64,000 bases of DNA from an uncultured Gemmatimonadales bacterium. GTDB lineage: Bacteria; Gemmatimonadota; Gemmatimonadetes; Gemmatimonadales; GWC2-71-9. How positions within the stretch are numbered: the stretch's first letter is position 1; the number at the start of each line of letters is the position of its first letter. The translations under genes were made by a program, and so were the position numbers. Of the stretch, positions 28,648 to 38,833 are shown in pieces. The notes below the pieces were generated by a model. That model was not told the DNA's origin, searched no databases, and worked only from the letters and a program-made list of their open reading frames with translations. The DNA is taken from NCBI GenBank assembly GCA_963740175.1, contig CAVUDL010000003.1:7413-71412 (forward strand). Reading direction: 5' to 3'.

Positions 28648-29054
28648 AAAAAGAAGAGGAGAGGGGGGAGAGGGGCAAGAAGAGAAGAAGAAGGGAGAAG
28701 AGGAGAGGAGGGAGGAGGGAGAGAGAGGAGGGAGAGGGAGGAGAGGGAAGGAGGGGAAAGGGGGATGAGAGGTGGGAGGAGAGAGGGGGAGAAAGAAGAG
28801 GAGGGAAAGAAAAGAAGAGAGAGAGAGAGAGGAGAGAAGGGAGAGAAAGAGAAGAGAAGAAGGTGAAAGGAGAGAAAGAGAAGAGAAGGAGAGAGAGAAA
28901 AGAAGAGAGAAAAGAGAGGAGAGAAGAGAAAGAGAAAGGGAGAAAAGGGAGAGAAGAAGAGAGAGGAGAGAGAGGGGGGGAGGAAGAAGAAAGAAAGGAG
29001 AAGGGAGAGAAGGGAGAGGAGGAGGGAGGGGAGAGAGAGAGAGGAAGGGGAGGA
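28648..29054. other. 407-nt purine-only (A/G) low-complexity tract
   Basis: Direct reading finds only four pyrimidines (C at 28676; T at 28766, 28773 and 28864). There is no exact repeat unit. It begins where the N-terminus of the oxidase subunit I gene should lie. Confidence 0.9.
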
Positions 29055-29324
29055 CGAGCAGGGCGTCAGTACACGTGGAGGACACGCCCCAGCACGACAG
29101 AGTGGGAGGAGTCGTGTGATCGAGAATGCGGCTCTGCGATGCGCGATGGGTAAGCCGCGTGCCAACGTCACATGACCACCAGAAAAATGACGGGGCGCTG
29201 CCAGCTGATCCACAGAGATCGGCGATCTGCTCCGCTCCCGGGCCGCCGGGATGAAGCGTTGACTGGCCTGTCGGAACACGCCGCAAGAGCGACGAGGCAG
29301 GCCCGCCGCGTAGCGATGGATGGC

Positions 29325-31571
29325 TTAGCGGCCACGGCGGGCCTCGCGCTCTCCTCGCCGCATGCTCCGAGAGGGTGCGACGAAGCTCACGATCTCCAGA
29401 CCTGGTCATCGGGAATCTGGCTGCCAATGAGGGCATCCCATTGGGCCTGCCTGCACGATCGTGAGGAAGATGTTGGCCGGCTCTCCCCCGTAGATCGAGT
29501 CGTCATCCGCGAGCGGAGGCCGATCCCCCCCACCGGCACCACATGGCAGCCGGCGCAGTGAACCACCGTAGTACCGCTTGCCTCGGCCAGCACGTTGCGC
29601 TGGCCTTCGTAGGGGTTGCGCAGACCGGTTCGGGCGGACGACCTCCAGCCACCAGCTCACCGGTGCGAACCATCTCGGGACCGACGCTGGGGCGGGCTCC
29701 CGGTCACGATCGGCGCCGCTCGCCTGCAGCGAGGACCAGCACCATGAGTACCGCAGAGAGCGATCCGGCGCGACGGGTCTCACCGGCTGCCGCCTTCGGC
29801 AGGGCAAAGACGTGGAGTGTCCCGCTCGGCGGTATAATCCGGCAAGTCACGCATCCGCAATCCCAGTGCGATAAACGGATCCGCCGGGGCAAGATCCCCA
29901 GGCCGCGCCGGCCAGCCACCACGCCGGACAAAACCGCGACGTACTGCCGCCGTGGGCCAGATACGTCATCGGCTGGCCTATGATCCGGAACCGACCTGGT
30001 ATTGCCACAGCAGCTGGCCGGTCGAGCGTTACCGCCTTGAACCATCGATCCATCGTACCATAGAAGGCACGTCTCCGGCCGTCACCACCGCTCCACCCAG
30101 ACCGGAAACCGTCCTTGATCTCCCAGATCTTCTCCGGGCGATCGGATCCAGGCGCTGAAGACGCCGCGTGGCGCCGGGCCGGCATACATGCGAACCTCAG
30201 CGCCTACGTACGGGGTACCGGCGATATAATCGCCTCGACCCGAGCATAGTCCATGCAGAGATGTTGTGCGGCAGATAGAGAAGGCCGCGGGGAGAGAAGG
30301 CTGACGGCTGCCAATCTCATGCCAGGGGCGGGGGGCACACGTCCTGGCCTGGCGATCCCGTCGCTTGTCGGGGTTGAGGACCGGTCGGCCGGTCTTGAGG
30401 TGATCCGGTGGCCAGTTCACCGGGCCGTACGGATCCGCCGCGAGCACCTCACCCGTGGTCCGATCCATCACGTACATGAACCCGTCCGCTCGGGCCGGAT
30501 CATCAGCTGCGGCGTCGGCCACCCCACGGCAGGTCCAGCAGGATGTTCGTTTATCCCATCAAAATCGTGCTCGTCATGCGGGGTCCACGATACGCCCACA
30601 GGGCTCCCGGTGTCGCGTCCCGGGCAAGACGGACGATGCCCATTGTTGTCCCAGGACGCAGGGCCGGGTTCCAGGATCCGGATTGGAGGTGCCGTAGAAG
30701 ACCGCGTTCATATCGCGGTCGTAGGAGATCCATCCCCAACGGCACCTCCCCCGATCCGCCACTGGTCGCCCGACCAGCTGGTCACGCCGAGGTGGGAGCC
30801 GATCGGCAGCATAGAAGGGCCGGAACCGGCTGCCGATGAGAACATCCTTGTCGGGACCGGTCTGTAGGCCCGCCAGACGATTTTCCGGTGGCCGCATCCA
30901 GCGCCGTGATCCAGCCCCGAACCCCAAACTCACCGCCACTATTGCCGACATAGACCTTGTCGTCACAACCAGGGGAGCCATGGTCATGGACTCGCCCTGA
31001 TTGATCTCGCCGAGCTTGACCTTCCAGAGCTCCGTCCGGTTCGGCGTCCACGCCACGTGTGGACGTCCAGGGTGTTGAAAAAAACCCGTCCGGCCGCGTA
31101 CGCCGCGCCCGATGACGACGTCACAACACGCTACACCGCGCGCGGCGCGGGAGGTGCCGGGATCGTACCTCCACTTCAGCGCTCCGCCGCGGGTCAGGCC
31201 AGAGCAAAGAGGATGTTGGGATGGGGAGTCACCACATACATCGTGCGGTTGGCCACGATCGGCACTGCCTCGTGACCCCGCAGCACACCGGTGGAAAAAC
31301 TGAACTCCGGCTGCAGCCGTGCGACATTGCCAGTCGTGATCTGGTCCAGGCCACTGAAACGGGTGCTGGCGTAGTCCTTGGCGGGGATGCGCCACTCGCC
31401 GTCATCGGCCGGGGACGCCGGGACCGGTCCCGTGTCCCTCGGGGCTGCCGGCGTCGCAGTTGCTTTGGCCGGAGGGGAGGATTCGCCACCAGCTCTGCAG
31501 CCTGCCTGAGAGGAGACCAGGAGGCACACCGCAGCCCACACAACCCGACGATAGCTGTAAATCGGTGTCAT
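29325..31571 (-). pseudogene. PQQ-dependent quinohemoprotein alcohol dehydrogenase, many frameshifts as sequenced
   Basis: The N-terminus is intact (signal peptide, DYASTRFSGLDQITTGNVARLQPEFSFSTGVLRGHEAVPIVANRTMYVVTP). Later pieces lie in other frames: WKVKLGEINQGESMTMAPLVV; DKVYVGNSGGEFGVRGWITALDAATGK; a CAGCH heme-c motif; and a C-terminal cytochrome c tail. Confidence 0.8.
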
Positions 31572-31703
31572 CCCGTTTGCCGCCAGGGGGAGGCATGAGA
31601 GAGCCGTCCCACTGTAGGTAGGGGTGTGCCGGGAGACAGGCGGTGAGGCGGATCACCGATGGGCGCGTGCGCTCCGAACACCGGCCCAATTAGACTTAAC
31701 GCG

Positions 31704-33272
31704 ATGCCCAATCCCATTCCAGCGAAGGATTCCGACAGCCCCGTCACAGCGTTCCTTCAGCGCGTACGAACGGCCACCGATCTCTTGGAGTCGATCGTCG
31801 CCGACAGGGGCCTGCTTGCAGGCCTGCCCCCCGACGACCGACACCGGCTGATCCAGGCCGCGGGCCATGTCTACGCCCCGGATTCTGCGTCGCGACGGCA
31901 GCTGGTACGTGCCGGCGTGCGTAGGGAAAAGGCGGCTCGCATCAAACGCGAGGAGCAGGCCCTGGAGCGCACCGGGATCAGAACGCTTCGGCGCCAACCC
32001 GTGTATACCAGCCCCAACGTATTCCCGCCGCCTGAGTTCGAGCAGCGAGAGATAGAGGATCCCGAGTTCCGGGAAGCACTCGAGCCGCAGCACTGCTACG
32101 TGTGCAAGGAGAAATACACCGTCCTGCACCACTTCTACGATCAGATGTGCCCTCCGTGTGCGGCTTTCAACTTTGCCAAGCGCACCGAGCTGGCGGATCT
32201 GACCGGACGGGTGGCCCTTCTCACGGGCGGCCGCGTAAAGATCGGCTATCAGGCCGGCCTGAAGCTGCTCCGTTCGGGAGCGCATCTCATCGTGACGACC
32301 CGCTTCCCCCGTGATTCAGCGGCGCGCTACGCCCGTGAGCCTGATTTTGTTGATTGGGGCCACCGGCTCGAGATCTTCGGGCTCGACCTCCGGCATACGC
32401 CCAGCGTGGAGGCGTTCACCCGCGAGCTGCTTCAGAACCGGCACCGGCTTGACTTCATCATCAACAATGCCTGCCAGACCGTCCGCCGCCCTCCCGACTT
32501 CTACGCCCACATGATGGAGCGGGAAACCGCCGCCCTGCACCAGATGCCGGAGCGGGCCCGCCCGCTGCTGGGTGCATACGAGGGGTGGCGCGACGCCCAC
32601 GTCCACGGTGGCGGGAACGGGGTCGCGCCTGCGGTGTTCGAGCGGCGTCTGCCTAACGTGGCGGGGATGATCAGCTCTGCCGAGCTGTCGCAGGTGACGC
32701 TGCTGGCGGACGAGCGCCACCCTCAGCGGCATCTCTTCCCCGAAGGTCAGCTCGATCAGGATCTGCAGCAGGTGGATTTGCGGCAGAAGAACTCCTGGCG
32801 CATGCTGATGGCGGAGGTCCCCTCGGTGGAGCTGCTGGAGGTGCAGCTGGTCAACGCTGTCGCCCCGTTCATTCTGAACGCGCGCCTGAAGCCGCTGATG
32901 CTTCGGACGCCGGGACGGGACAAGCACATCGTCAACGTATCAGCGGTCGAGGGGCAGTTTTACCGGAACTTCAAGACCACGCGCCATCCGCACACCAACA
33001 TGGCCAAGGCCGCGCTGAACATGATGACACGCACGGCCGCCGCGGACTACTACGGAGACGGTATTCACATGAACAGCGTGGATACTGGGTGGGTTACCGA
33101 TGAGGATCCGGTTGAGCTGGCGGCACGAAAGGTGGTGGAGCACCGCTTCCACCCGCCGCTGGACATCGTGGATGGGGCGGCCCGGATCGTGGATCCAATC
33201 ATCACAGGGATCAACACGGGCACGCATGTATGGGGGAAGTTCCTCAAGGACTACCGCGAGACGGACTGGTAG
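31704..33272 (+). CDS. SDR-family oxidoreductase with a long N-terminal extension carrying a CxxC...CxxC motif
   Basis: Rossmann motif [18 protein letters not shown] and the NNACQ motif of SDRs. The approximately 165-aa N-terminal region contains CYVC-17-CPPC. The start was moved to the ATG at 31704. Confidence 0.75.
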   Translation: MPNPIPAKDSDSPVTAFLQRVRTATDLLESIVADRGLLAGLPPDDRHRLIQAAGHVYAPDSASRRQLVRAGVRREKAARIKREEQALERTGIRTLRRQPVYTSPNVFPPPEFEQREIEDPEFREALEPQHCYVCKEKYTVLHHFYDQMCPPCAAFNFAKRTELADLTGRVALLTGGRVKIGYQAGLKLLRSGAHLIVTTRFPRDSAARYAREPDFVDWGHRLEIFGLDLRHTPSVEAFTRELLQNRHRLDFIINNACQTVRRPPDFYAHMMERETAALHQMPERARPLLGAYEGWRDAHVHGGGNGVAPAVFERRLPNVAGMISSAELSQVTLLADERHPQRHLFPEGQLDQDLQQVDLRQKNSWRMLMAEVPSVELLEVQLVNAVAPFILNARLKPLMLRTPGRDKHIVNVSAVEGQFYRNFKTTRHPHTNMAKAALNMMTRTAAADYYGDGIHMNSVDTGWVTDEDPVELAARKVVEHRFHPPLDIVDGAARIVDPIITGINTGTHVWGKFLKDYRETDW

Positions 33273-33291
33273 CGATCGACCGTGGCCCTGG

Positions 33292-33903
33292 TCAGCGAGA
33301 TGACGTTGTCTTGCTCGCTCCCGTGCTCGTGGTGGGGCAGGTGTAGTTATAGCTCAGGTTTTGCACCTTCTGTCCTTCAATCAGCACACTGGCGACGAGT
33401 GTCACGCAGCTGCTGAGTGCCACGCTCCAGCTATCCGAGATGGGCTGATCGCCGCTGTACCAGCGGCGACCCTTTCGAAGCGACGGGTAGTGCTTGCTGA
33501 GCACCTTCCACGTCAGCCCGCCCGGCAGCCGCGATCCGGTTGAAGCCGTAATCAACCGCTCGTTCTCATCAAAGAAGAGCTGGTATCGTTCCGGCCCGAG
33601 GTCCAGGTGGTGGCGTGGGCGAATCTCGTGATCGCCGGCGAGCCATACCGTTCCGGGCGGCCATGGAGCGGGATTGCCGCCATGCCCCCGCGGCACCTTG
33701 ACGCTATCCGACCAGAGATGCTCGGCGAACATGCGGAGCGCGCCCGCGAGCGTCGTCTGTCCCAGCACCACTTCGCCATGGCGGGCCTGTTTGCCGGGCC
33801 GCAGATCGGCCAAGGGCGCCGGACGTACGTTCAATGTCTGCGCCTCTGCGGGCCCGACCACAAGGGCCGTGCCCACGACGAGGAGAGTAAAGGCAATGCG
33901 CAC
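33292..33903 (-). CDS. hypothetical secreted protein
   Basis: 203 aa with signal peptide MRIAFTLLVVGTALVVGPAEAQ. No motif recognised. Confidence 0.45.
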   Translation of the reverse strand: MRIAFTLLVVGTALVVGPAEAQTLNVRPAPLADLRPGKQARHGEVVLGQTTLAGALRMFAEHLWSDSVKVPRGHGGNPAPWPPGTVWLAGDHEIRPRHHLDLGPERYQLFFDENERLITASTGSRLPGGLTWKVLSKHYPSLRKGRRWYSGDQPISDSWSVALSSCVTLVASVLIEGQKVQNLSYNYTCPTTSTGASKTTSSR

Positions 33904-33906
33904 CGA

Positions 33907-35119
33907 CTACTGTACCGCGTTCATCATGTCGAAGATCGGCAGGTACATCGCGACGACCATGCCGCCGACGATCACGCCGAGCACCACGATCATCACCGGC
34001 TCCATCAACGAGAGCAGCGATCCCACCGCCACGTCCACTTCCTCGTCGTAGAAGTCGGCGATCTTGGTAAGCATTTCATCCAGGCCGCCGGTCTGCTCAC
34101 CGACCGCGATCATCGAGATGACCATGGGCGGAAAGACCTTGGACTTCTCCAGTGGTGCAGAGATCGTTTCGCCACCCGCGATGGACTGCCGGGATTCCAT
34201 GACCGCATCGTGAATCACCATGTTGCCGGCGGTCTTAGCCGTGATTTCCAGCCCATCGAGAATCGAGACACCGGAGGAGATCAGGGTTCCCAGCGTACGG
34301 GTGAAGCGGGAGACCGCAGACTTCCGCAGGATGTCGCCCAGCACCGGGGCCCGCAGCAGGAGTCCGTCGATTTGTCTCTGACCGCTGGTCGTGGCGTAGT
34401 ACTTCTTGATGACAAAGAAGATTCCGGCCCCGGCGGCAATGAACGCCCACCAGAACCCGATCAGCAGATTGGACATCCCGATGACCACCCGGGTGGGCAG
34501 CGGAAGCTCCATGTTGACCGAGGCGAACATGCTCTGGAACGTCGGGATCACGAAAATAAGCAGCACCGCGATCGCAATGATGGCGACACTGAAGATGACC
34601 GCAGGATAAATCATGGCGCCCTTGACCTTCCGGATCAGGGCGTCACTCTTTTCCAGGAAGGTCGCAAGCCGGATGAGGATGGTATCGAGAATACCGCCGG
34701 CTTCGCCCGCCGCCACCATGTTCACGTACAGGCCGCTGAAGGCGGCGGGGTGCTTGGCAAAGGCGTCCGCGAGGGTGTTCCCCGACTCGACGTCATGCAC
34801 CACCGCCCTGGTAACCTCTTTCAGCGTCTTGTTCTCGGTCTGATCAGCCAGAATGGTCAAGCGACTGCACCAGCGGCAGGCCGGCATTAATCATGGTGGC
34901 GAACTGCCGGGTGAAAATGACGATGTCGCGGATTTTGACCCGCGCCTTACCCAGGCTGCCGCCCAGGCTGATCTTCTTGGGCGCCTCCCGGACGCTGACC
35001 AGCATCATCCGGTTCTTGCGGAGGTAGGCGCTGACCTCCTCCTTACTCTTGACCTCGACCTGACCCTTTTGGATCTGGCCGTTGGCGGAGTTTCGCGCGG
35101 TGTATTCGAAAAGCGGCAT
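33907..35119 (-). pseudogene. pilC: type IV pilus platform protein PilC, one frameshift as sequenced
   Basis: ORFs 34844-35119 and 33907-34887 join into a full GspF/PilC protein. Deleting one A near 34859-34860 restores ...NAGLPLVQSLTILADQTENK. This is probably a consensus error. Confidence 0.85.
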
Positions 35120-35162
35120 CGGTCCTCTCCCGAATCATGGGCGCAGCGGCGCGCCCGGCGTG

Positions 35163-36296
35163 TTACCGGCGGACTCCGGCGGATTTCTGCTGCGGGCGGT
35201 CGGTCATGCCCGTGTCCTGGTCTTCCAACGGCGTGACGCCGATCATCCGCAGGAACTCCTTGGGATCGTGCGAGACCCGCTCGCACTCATCCTGAGCCAC
35301 CTCGCGGGCAGTGTAGAGCTGAAACAACGCGTCGTTCATCGTCTGCATGCCGAACTTCTTGCCCGATTGCATGGCCGAGTAGATCTGGTGGACCTTGTCG
35401 TCACGGATCAGCGCCCGAATCGCGGGGGTCGCGACCATGATCTCTGCCGCCATGGCCCGCCCGCGGCCCTTGAGCTTGGGCAGCAGGGTCTGGGTGATCA
35501 CGCCTTCGAGCACGAACGCAAGCTGCGCCCGCACCTGCGACTGCTGATTCGACGGGAACACGTCGATCACGCGGTTGATGGACTCCGCAGCCGAATTCGT
35601 GTGCAGCGTGGCGAGGACGAGGTGGCCGGTCTCGGCGATGGTCAGTGCCGCGCCGACCGTTTCCAGGTCCCGCATTTCTCCCACCAGGATGACGTCGGGG
35701 TCTTCACGGAGCGCGTACTTCAGCGCCGCCGCGAAGGTCTTGGTGTCAGTGCCGATCTCGCGCTGGTTGACGATACAGGACTGGTGGCGATGAATGAATT
35801 CGATTGGGTCCTCGACCGTGATGATATGACCCTTTCGTTCCTTGTTGATCTTGTCGATGATCGCGGCCAGCGTGGTCGACTTACCCGATCCGGTCGGGCC
35901 GGTGACCAGGATCAGTCCACGGGGCCTCTCGGCCAGCTTGGCGATGACGGGGGGAAGACTTAACTCCTGAAACGTTCGCACATTGAAGGGAATCATGCGG
36001 ATTACCATGGCAACGCAGCCGCGCTGCTTGAAGACGTTGCCACGGAATCGCGCCAGGTTCTGGATGCCGAAGGAGAAGTCCAGTTCGTCCTCGGTTTCGA
36101 AGCGCTTCTTCTGGTTCTCGGTGAGGACGGAATAGGCCAGCTGAAGGGTGTCCTTGGGCGTCAGGACCTCGAGCACCGAGCTGTCGACGATGTCTCCGTC
36201 TACCCGGAGCTTGGGCCGCTCGGCCGCCGTGATATGGAGGTCCGAGGCGTCCTTCTGGATCATCTCTTCGAGCAGGGAACGCAGGTTGAACGTCAT
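35163..36296 (-). CDS. pilT: twitching motility ATPase PilT
   Basis: LILVTGPTGSGKSTTLAA, the Asp/His boxes and AIRALIRDDKVHQI (the PilT AIRNLIRE-type motif). The protein is 377 aa. Confidence 0.95.
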   Translation of the reverse strand: MTFNLRSLLEEMIQKDASDLHITAAERPKLRVDGDIVDSSVLEVLTPKDTLQLAYSVLTENQKKRFETEDELDFSFGIQNLARFRGNVFKQRGCVAMVIRMIPFNVRTFQELSLPPVIAKLAERPRGLILVTGPTGSGKSTTLAAIIDKINKERKGHIITVEDPIEFIHRHQSCIVNQREIGTDTKTFAAALKYALREDPDVILVGEMRDLETVGAALTIAETGHLVLATLHTNSAAESINRVIDVFPSNQQSQVRAQLAFVLEGVITQTLLPKLKGRGRAMAAEIMVATPAIRALIRDDKVHQIYSAMQSGKKFGMQTMNDALFQLYTAREVAQDECERVSHDPKEFLRMIGVTPLEDQDTGMTDRPQQKSAGVRR

Positions 36297-38002
36297 CCGG
36301 CTGTCTCCTTGACCACTTCCTCGAGGGTTGTGACGCCACGCTCGATCTTTTTCATCCCGTCCATACGCAGCGTAAGCATGCCGTCCACAACGGCCTGGGC
36401 CTGGATGTCTGCGACCGAAGCCCCCCGCAGGATCATGCGCCGCAGCTCGGGCGAAAGCGCCATGACCTCGTAGAGGCCGGCCCGGCCCTTGTAGCCGGTG
36501 CCGCTACAGGTATCGCAGCCGGTTCCCTTCATAAAGTTGATCGCCCGCAGGGTCTCAAGATTTGTGCCCAGGGCCCCCAATTCGACATCGGTGTACTTGT
36601 GCTCCGCCTTGCAGTCCTTGCAGATACGCCGGATCAGTCGCTGGGCTACTACCAGGTTCACGGCACTGGCCACGTTGAAGGCCTCGATGCCCATGTCGAT
36701 CATACGAGTGATGGTGCTGGGCGCGTCGTTGGTGTGCAGCGTCGAGAGCACCAGGTGGCCGGTGAGCGCCGCCTTAATGGCGATACCGCCGGTTTCGAGA
36801 TCCCGGATCTCACCGATCATGATGATGTTCGGGTCCTGCCGCAGGAACGCCTTCAGCGCCGCGGCGAAGGTCAAACCGATCTCGTTTCGTACCAGTACCT
36901 GGTTGATGCCCATCAGGTTGTACTCGACCGGGTCTTCCGCGGTCATGATGTTCACTTCCGGCGTATTGATCCGGGAGAGCGCTGAGTACAGCGTGGTGGT
37001 CTTTCCCGACCCGGTCGGGCCGGTGACGAGCACCATGCCGTACGGATTCAGAATGGCCTTCATGAGATCGCGCTCGGCCTTTTCCTCGAAGCCGAACTTG
37101 GTGAGGTCAAGGGTCAGGTTCCCCTTGTCCAGGATTCGGAGCACGATCTTCTCACCGAACAGCACCGGCAGCGTAGACACGCGGAAGTCGATGACGCGGC
37201 TTCCCATCTTCAGCTTGAGCCGGCCGTCCTGGGGGACCCGGCGCTCCGCGATGTTGAGCTGGGAAAGAATCTTCACGCGGGATGTGAGCGCGGCCTTCAT
37301 CTTGAGCGGCGGCTTCATGATCTCGAGCAACGCGCCGTCGATCCGGTAGCGGACCCGGATCTCGTGCTCGAATGGCTCGATGTGGATATCGCTGGCCCCG
37401 CGCTTCACCGCATCGGTCAGGAGTCCGTTGATCAGCTTGACCACCGGGGCGTCATCGATCTGCGCCTGGGTGGCGGCCTCGTCCTCCTGCTCTTCGACAA
37501 CCTCGACGTCCTCCCCCGATTCTTCCATGTCCTTGAGCAGCGTGGCCAGCTGCTGGTCGGAAGATTCGTAGTGCTTCTCGATGAGGTTGCGAAGCGTGTA
37601 TTCGCCCGCGATGACCGGGAAGAGATCGAACCGGGTGATGAACTTCAGGTCTTCCAGCAGGCCATGGTCGGTCGGGTCTGCCATGGCGACCGTGAGCGTC
37701 CGGCCCTCCCGCTTGAGCGGCAGGACGATGCTCTTGGTGGCCATCTCGGCCGGAACCAGCTTGATGATTTTGGGATCGACTTCAAAGCGGGTGAGATCGA
37801 CCGCCGGCATGCGATACTGGCGCGCCAGGACCTTGGTGATCTCGAGCTCCTGGACGAGGCCGAGCTTCACCAGGACATAGCCCAGCCGGTGCTTTGTGTT
37901 CTTCTGTTCCGCGAGAGCCTGCGAGAGCTGTTCTCTCGTGACCAGGCCTTCGCGAAGCAGGATTTCACCGAGCCGATCGCCACCGGCCGCTGCGGTCGCC
38001 AT
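36293..38002 (-). CDS. pilB: type IV pilus assembly ATPase PilB
   Basis: N-terminal GSPII domain, VLVTGPTGSGKTTTLYS and a tetracysteine motif (CKDC...CDTC). The start was moved to the ATG at 38000-38002. The stop overlaps the pilT start (ATGA). Confidence 0.95.
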   Translation of the reverse strand: MATAAAGGDRLGEILLREGLVTREQLSQALAEQKNTKHRLGYVLVKLGLVQELEITKVLARQYRMPAVDLTRFEVDPKIIKLVPAEMATKSIVLPLKREGRTLTVAMADPTDHGLLEDLKFITRFDLFPVIAGEYTLRNLIEKHYESSDQQLATLLKDMEESGEDVEVVEEQEDEAATQAQIDDAPVVKLINGLLTDAVKRGASDIHIEPFEHEIRVRYRIDGALLEIMKPPLKMKAALTSRVKILSQLNIAERRVPQDGRLKLKMGSRVIDFRVSTLPVLFGEKIVLRILDKGNLTLDLTKFGFEEKAERDLMKAILNPYGMVLVTGPTGSGKTTTLYSALSRINTPEVNIMTAEDPVEYNLMGINQVLVRNEIGLTFAAALKAFLRQDPNIIMIGEIRDLETGGIAIKAALTGHLVLSTLHTNDAPSTITRMIDMGIEAFNVASAVNLVVAQRLIRRICKDCKAEHKYTDVELGALGTNLETLRAINFMKGTGCDTCSGTGYKGRAGLYEVMALSPELRRMILRGASVADIQAQAVVDGMLTLRMDGMKKIERGVTTLEEVVKETAG

Positions 38003-38076
38003 GGGTTCCGAGGTATCCGTAGAGAAGGGTTCAGGGATATCATCGGAAGCCGGTGCCGATGACGTGAGTACGCACC

Positions 38077-38767
38077 TCAGGGCGCGCTGACCCACTTCCC
38101 CAGGCGGGTCACCAGCGCCGGGCCGATACCGGGGACGCGATCCAGTGCCTCCACCGTCGCAAATGGGCCCCGTGCCTCGCGATCCGCCACAATTCGCCGC
38201 GCCAGGGCCGGCCCGATTCCGGGCAAACCCTCGAGCTCGACCGCTGTGGCACGATTGACGTTGAGCACGGAATTGGGCGACACCGCCGTCGGGACCGCCA
38301 AATTCCCGTCAGGCAGGGGAGCAAACGTGGTGCCAACACCTGCACCAGAGCTGCCACCGGCAGCCGGCCGCGCCGCCGAGCCGCTGAACGACAGGTGACC
38401 CCCTACGCTGCGTAACAGTCCGGGCCCGACTCCCGGGACGCGATCCAGTCCCGCCAAGGTGCCGAACGGCCCGTGCGTATCCCGGTTGGCGACGATGGTC
38501 TTGGCGAGCGCGAGTCCTACCCGCGGCAACCGCGCCAGCTCGGACGCGCTGGCGGCATCGGCATCCACGCGCTCGCCCGGCCGGAGAGGACGAGCCTGCC
38601 GCATGGTGCTGTCCTTCTGCGCGCCGGGTGAGCCGGCCGGCAACACCGACAGGAGCTGGACCTGGCCGGGTGGCTCACTGGGCTGCGTGATGAGATACCT
38701 GACGCCCTGGCCCAGCGACTGCCAAGGCGAGCAAGAGCAGCACTGCCCTGCGTTCAGGGGAAAGCAT
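38077..38767 (-). pseudogene. comEA: ComEA-like helix-hairpin-helix DNA-binding protein, one frameshift as sequenced
   Basis: Two HhH units (ELARLPRVGLALAKTIVANRDTHGPF; ELEGLPGIGPALARRIVADREARGPF). The N-terminal signal anchor MLSPERRAVLLLLALAVAG lies in another frame, and removing one base near 38710 joins them. Confidence 0.7.
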
Positions 38768-38833
38768 GAAGGACGGTAAGTGGAGCGGAATTGAAACAGG
38801 TAGGCGAAATTATGCAGACATGCGCAGAAGCGT

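Noticed and set aside
29180-29324. A cytochrome oxidase subunit II C-terminal remnant (a ...DLCG... segment resembling the CuA CxELCG motif) between the dehydrogenase stop and the purine tract.
   Set aside because: Only a few residues resemble the motif, the frame is ambiguous, and at most about 45 codons would be present. This is too weak to call as a feature.
28480-29436. ORFs running through the purine-only tract: 28480-29436(-) and 28569-29279(-), which are Ser/Leu/Pro/Phe-rich, and 28772-29119(+), which is Glu/Arg/Lys/Gly-rich.
   Set aside because: Their composition is dictated entirely by the A/G-only (or C/T-only) DNA. They have no start context and no domain. The same applies to the Thr/Pro/His-rich tail of 26704-27540(-) in the C-free tract.
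26500-31600. The anomalous block as a prophage, IS element or integrative island.
   Set aside because: No integrase, transposase, recombinase, phage structural gene, tRNA attachment site or terminal inverted or direct repeats could be found. The content is two metabolic genes plus low-complexity DNA.
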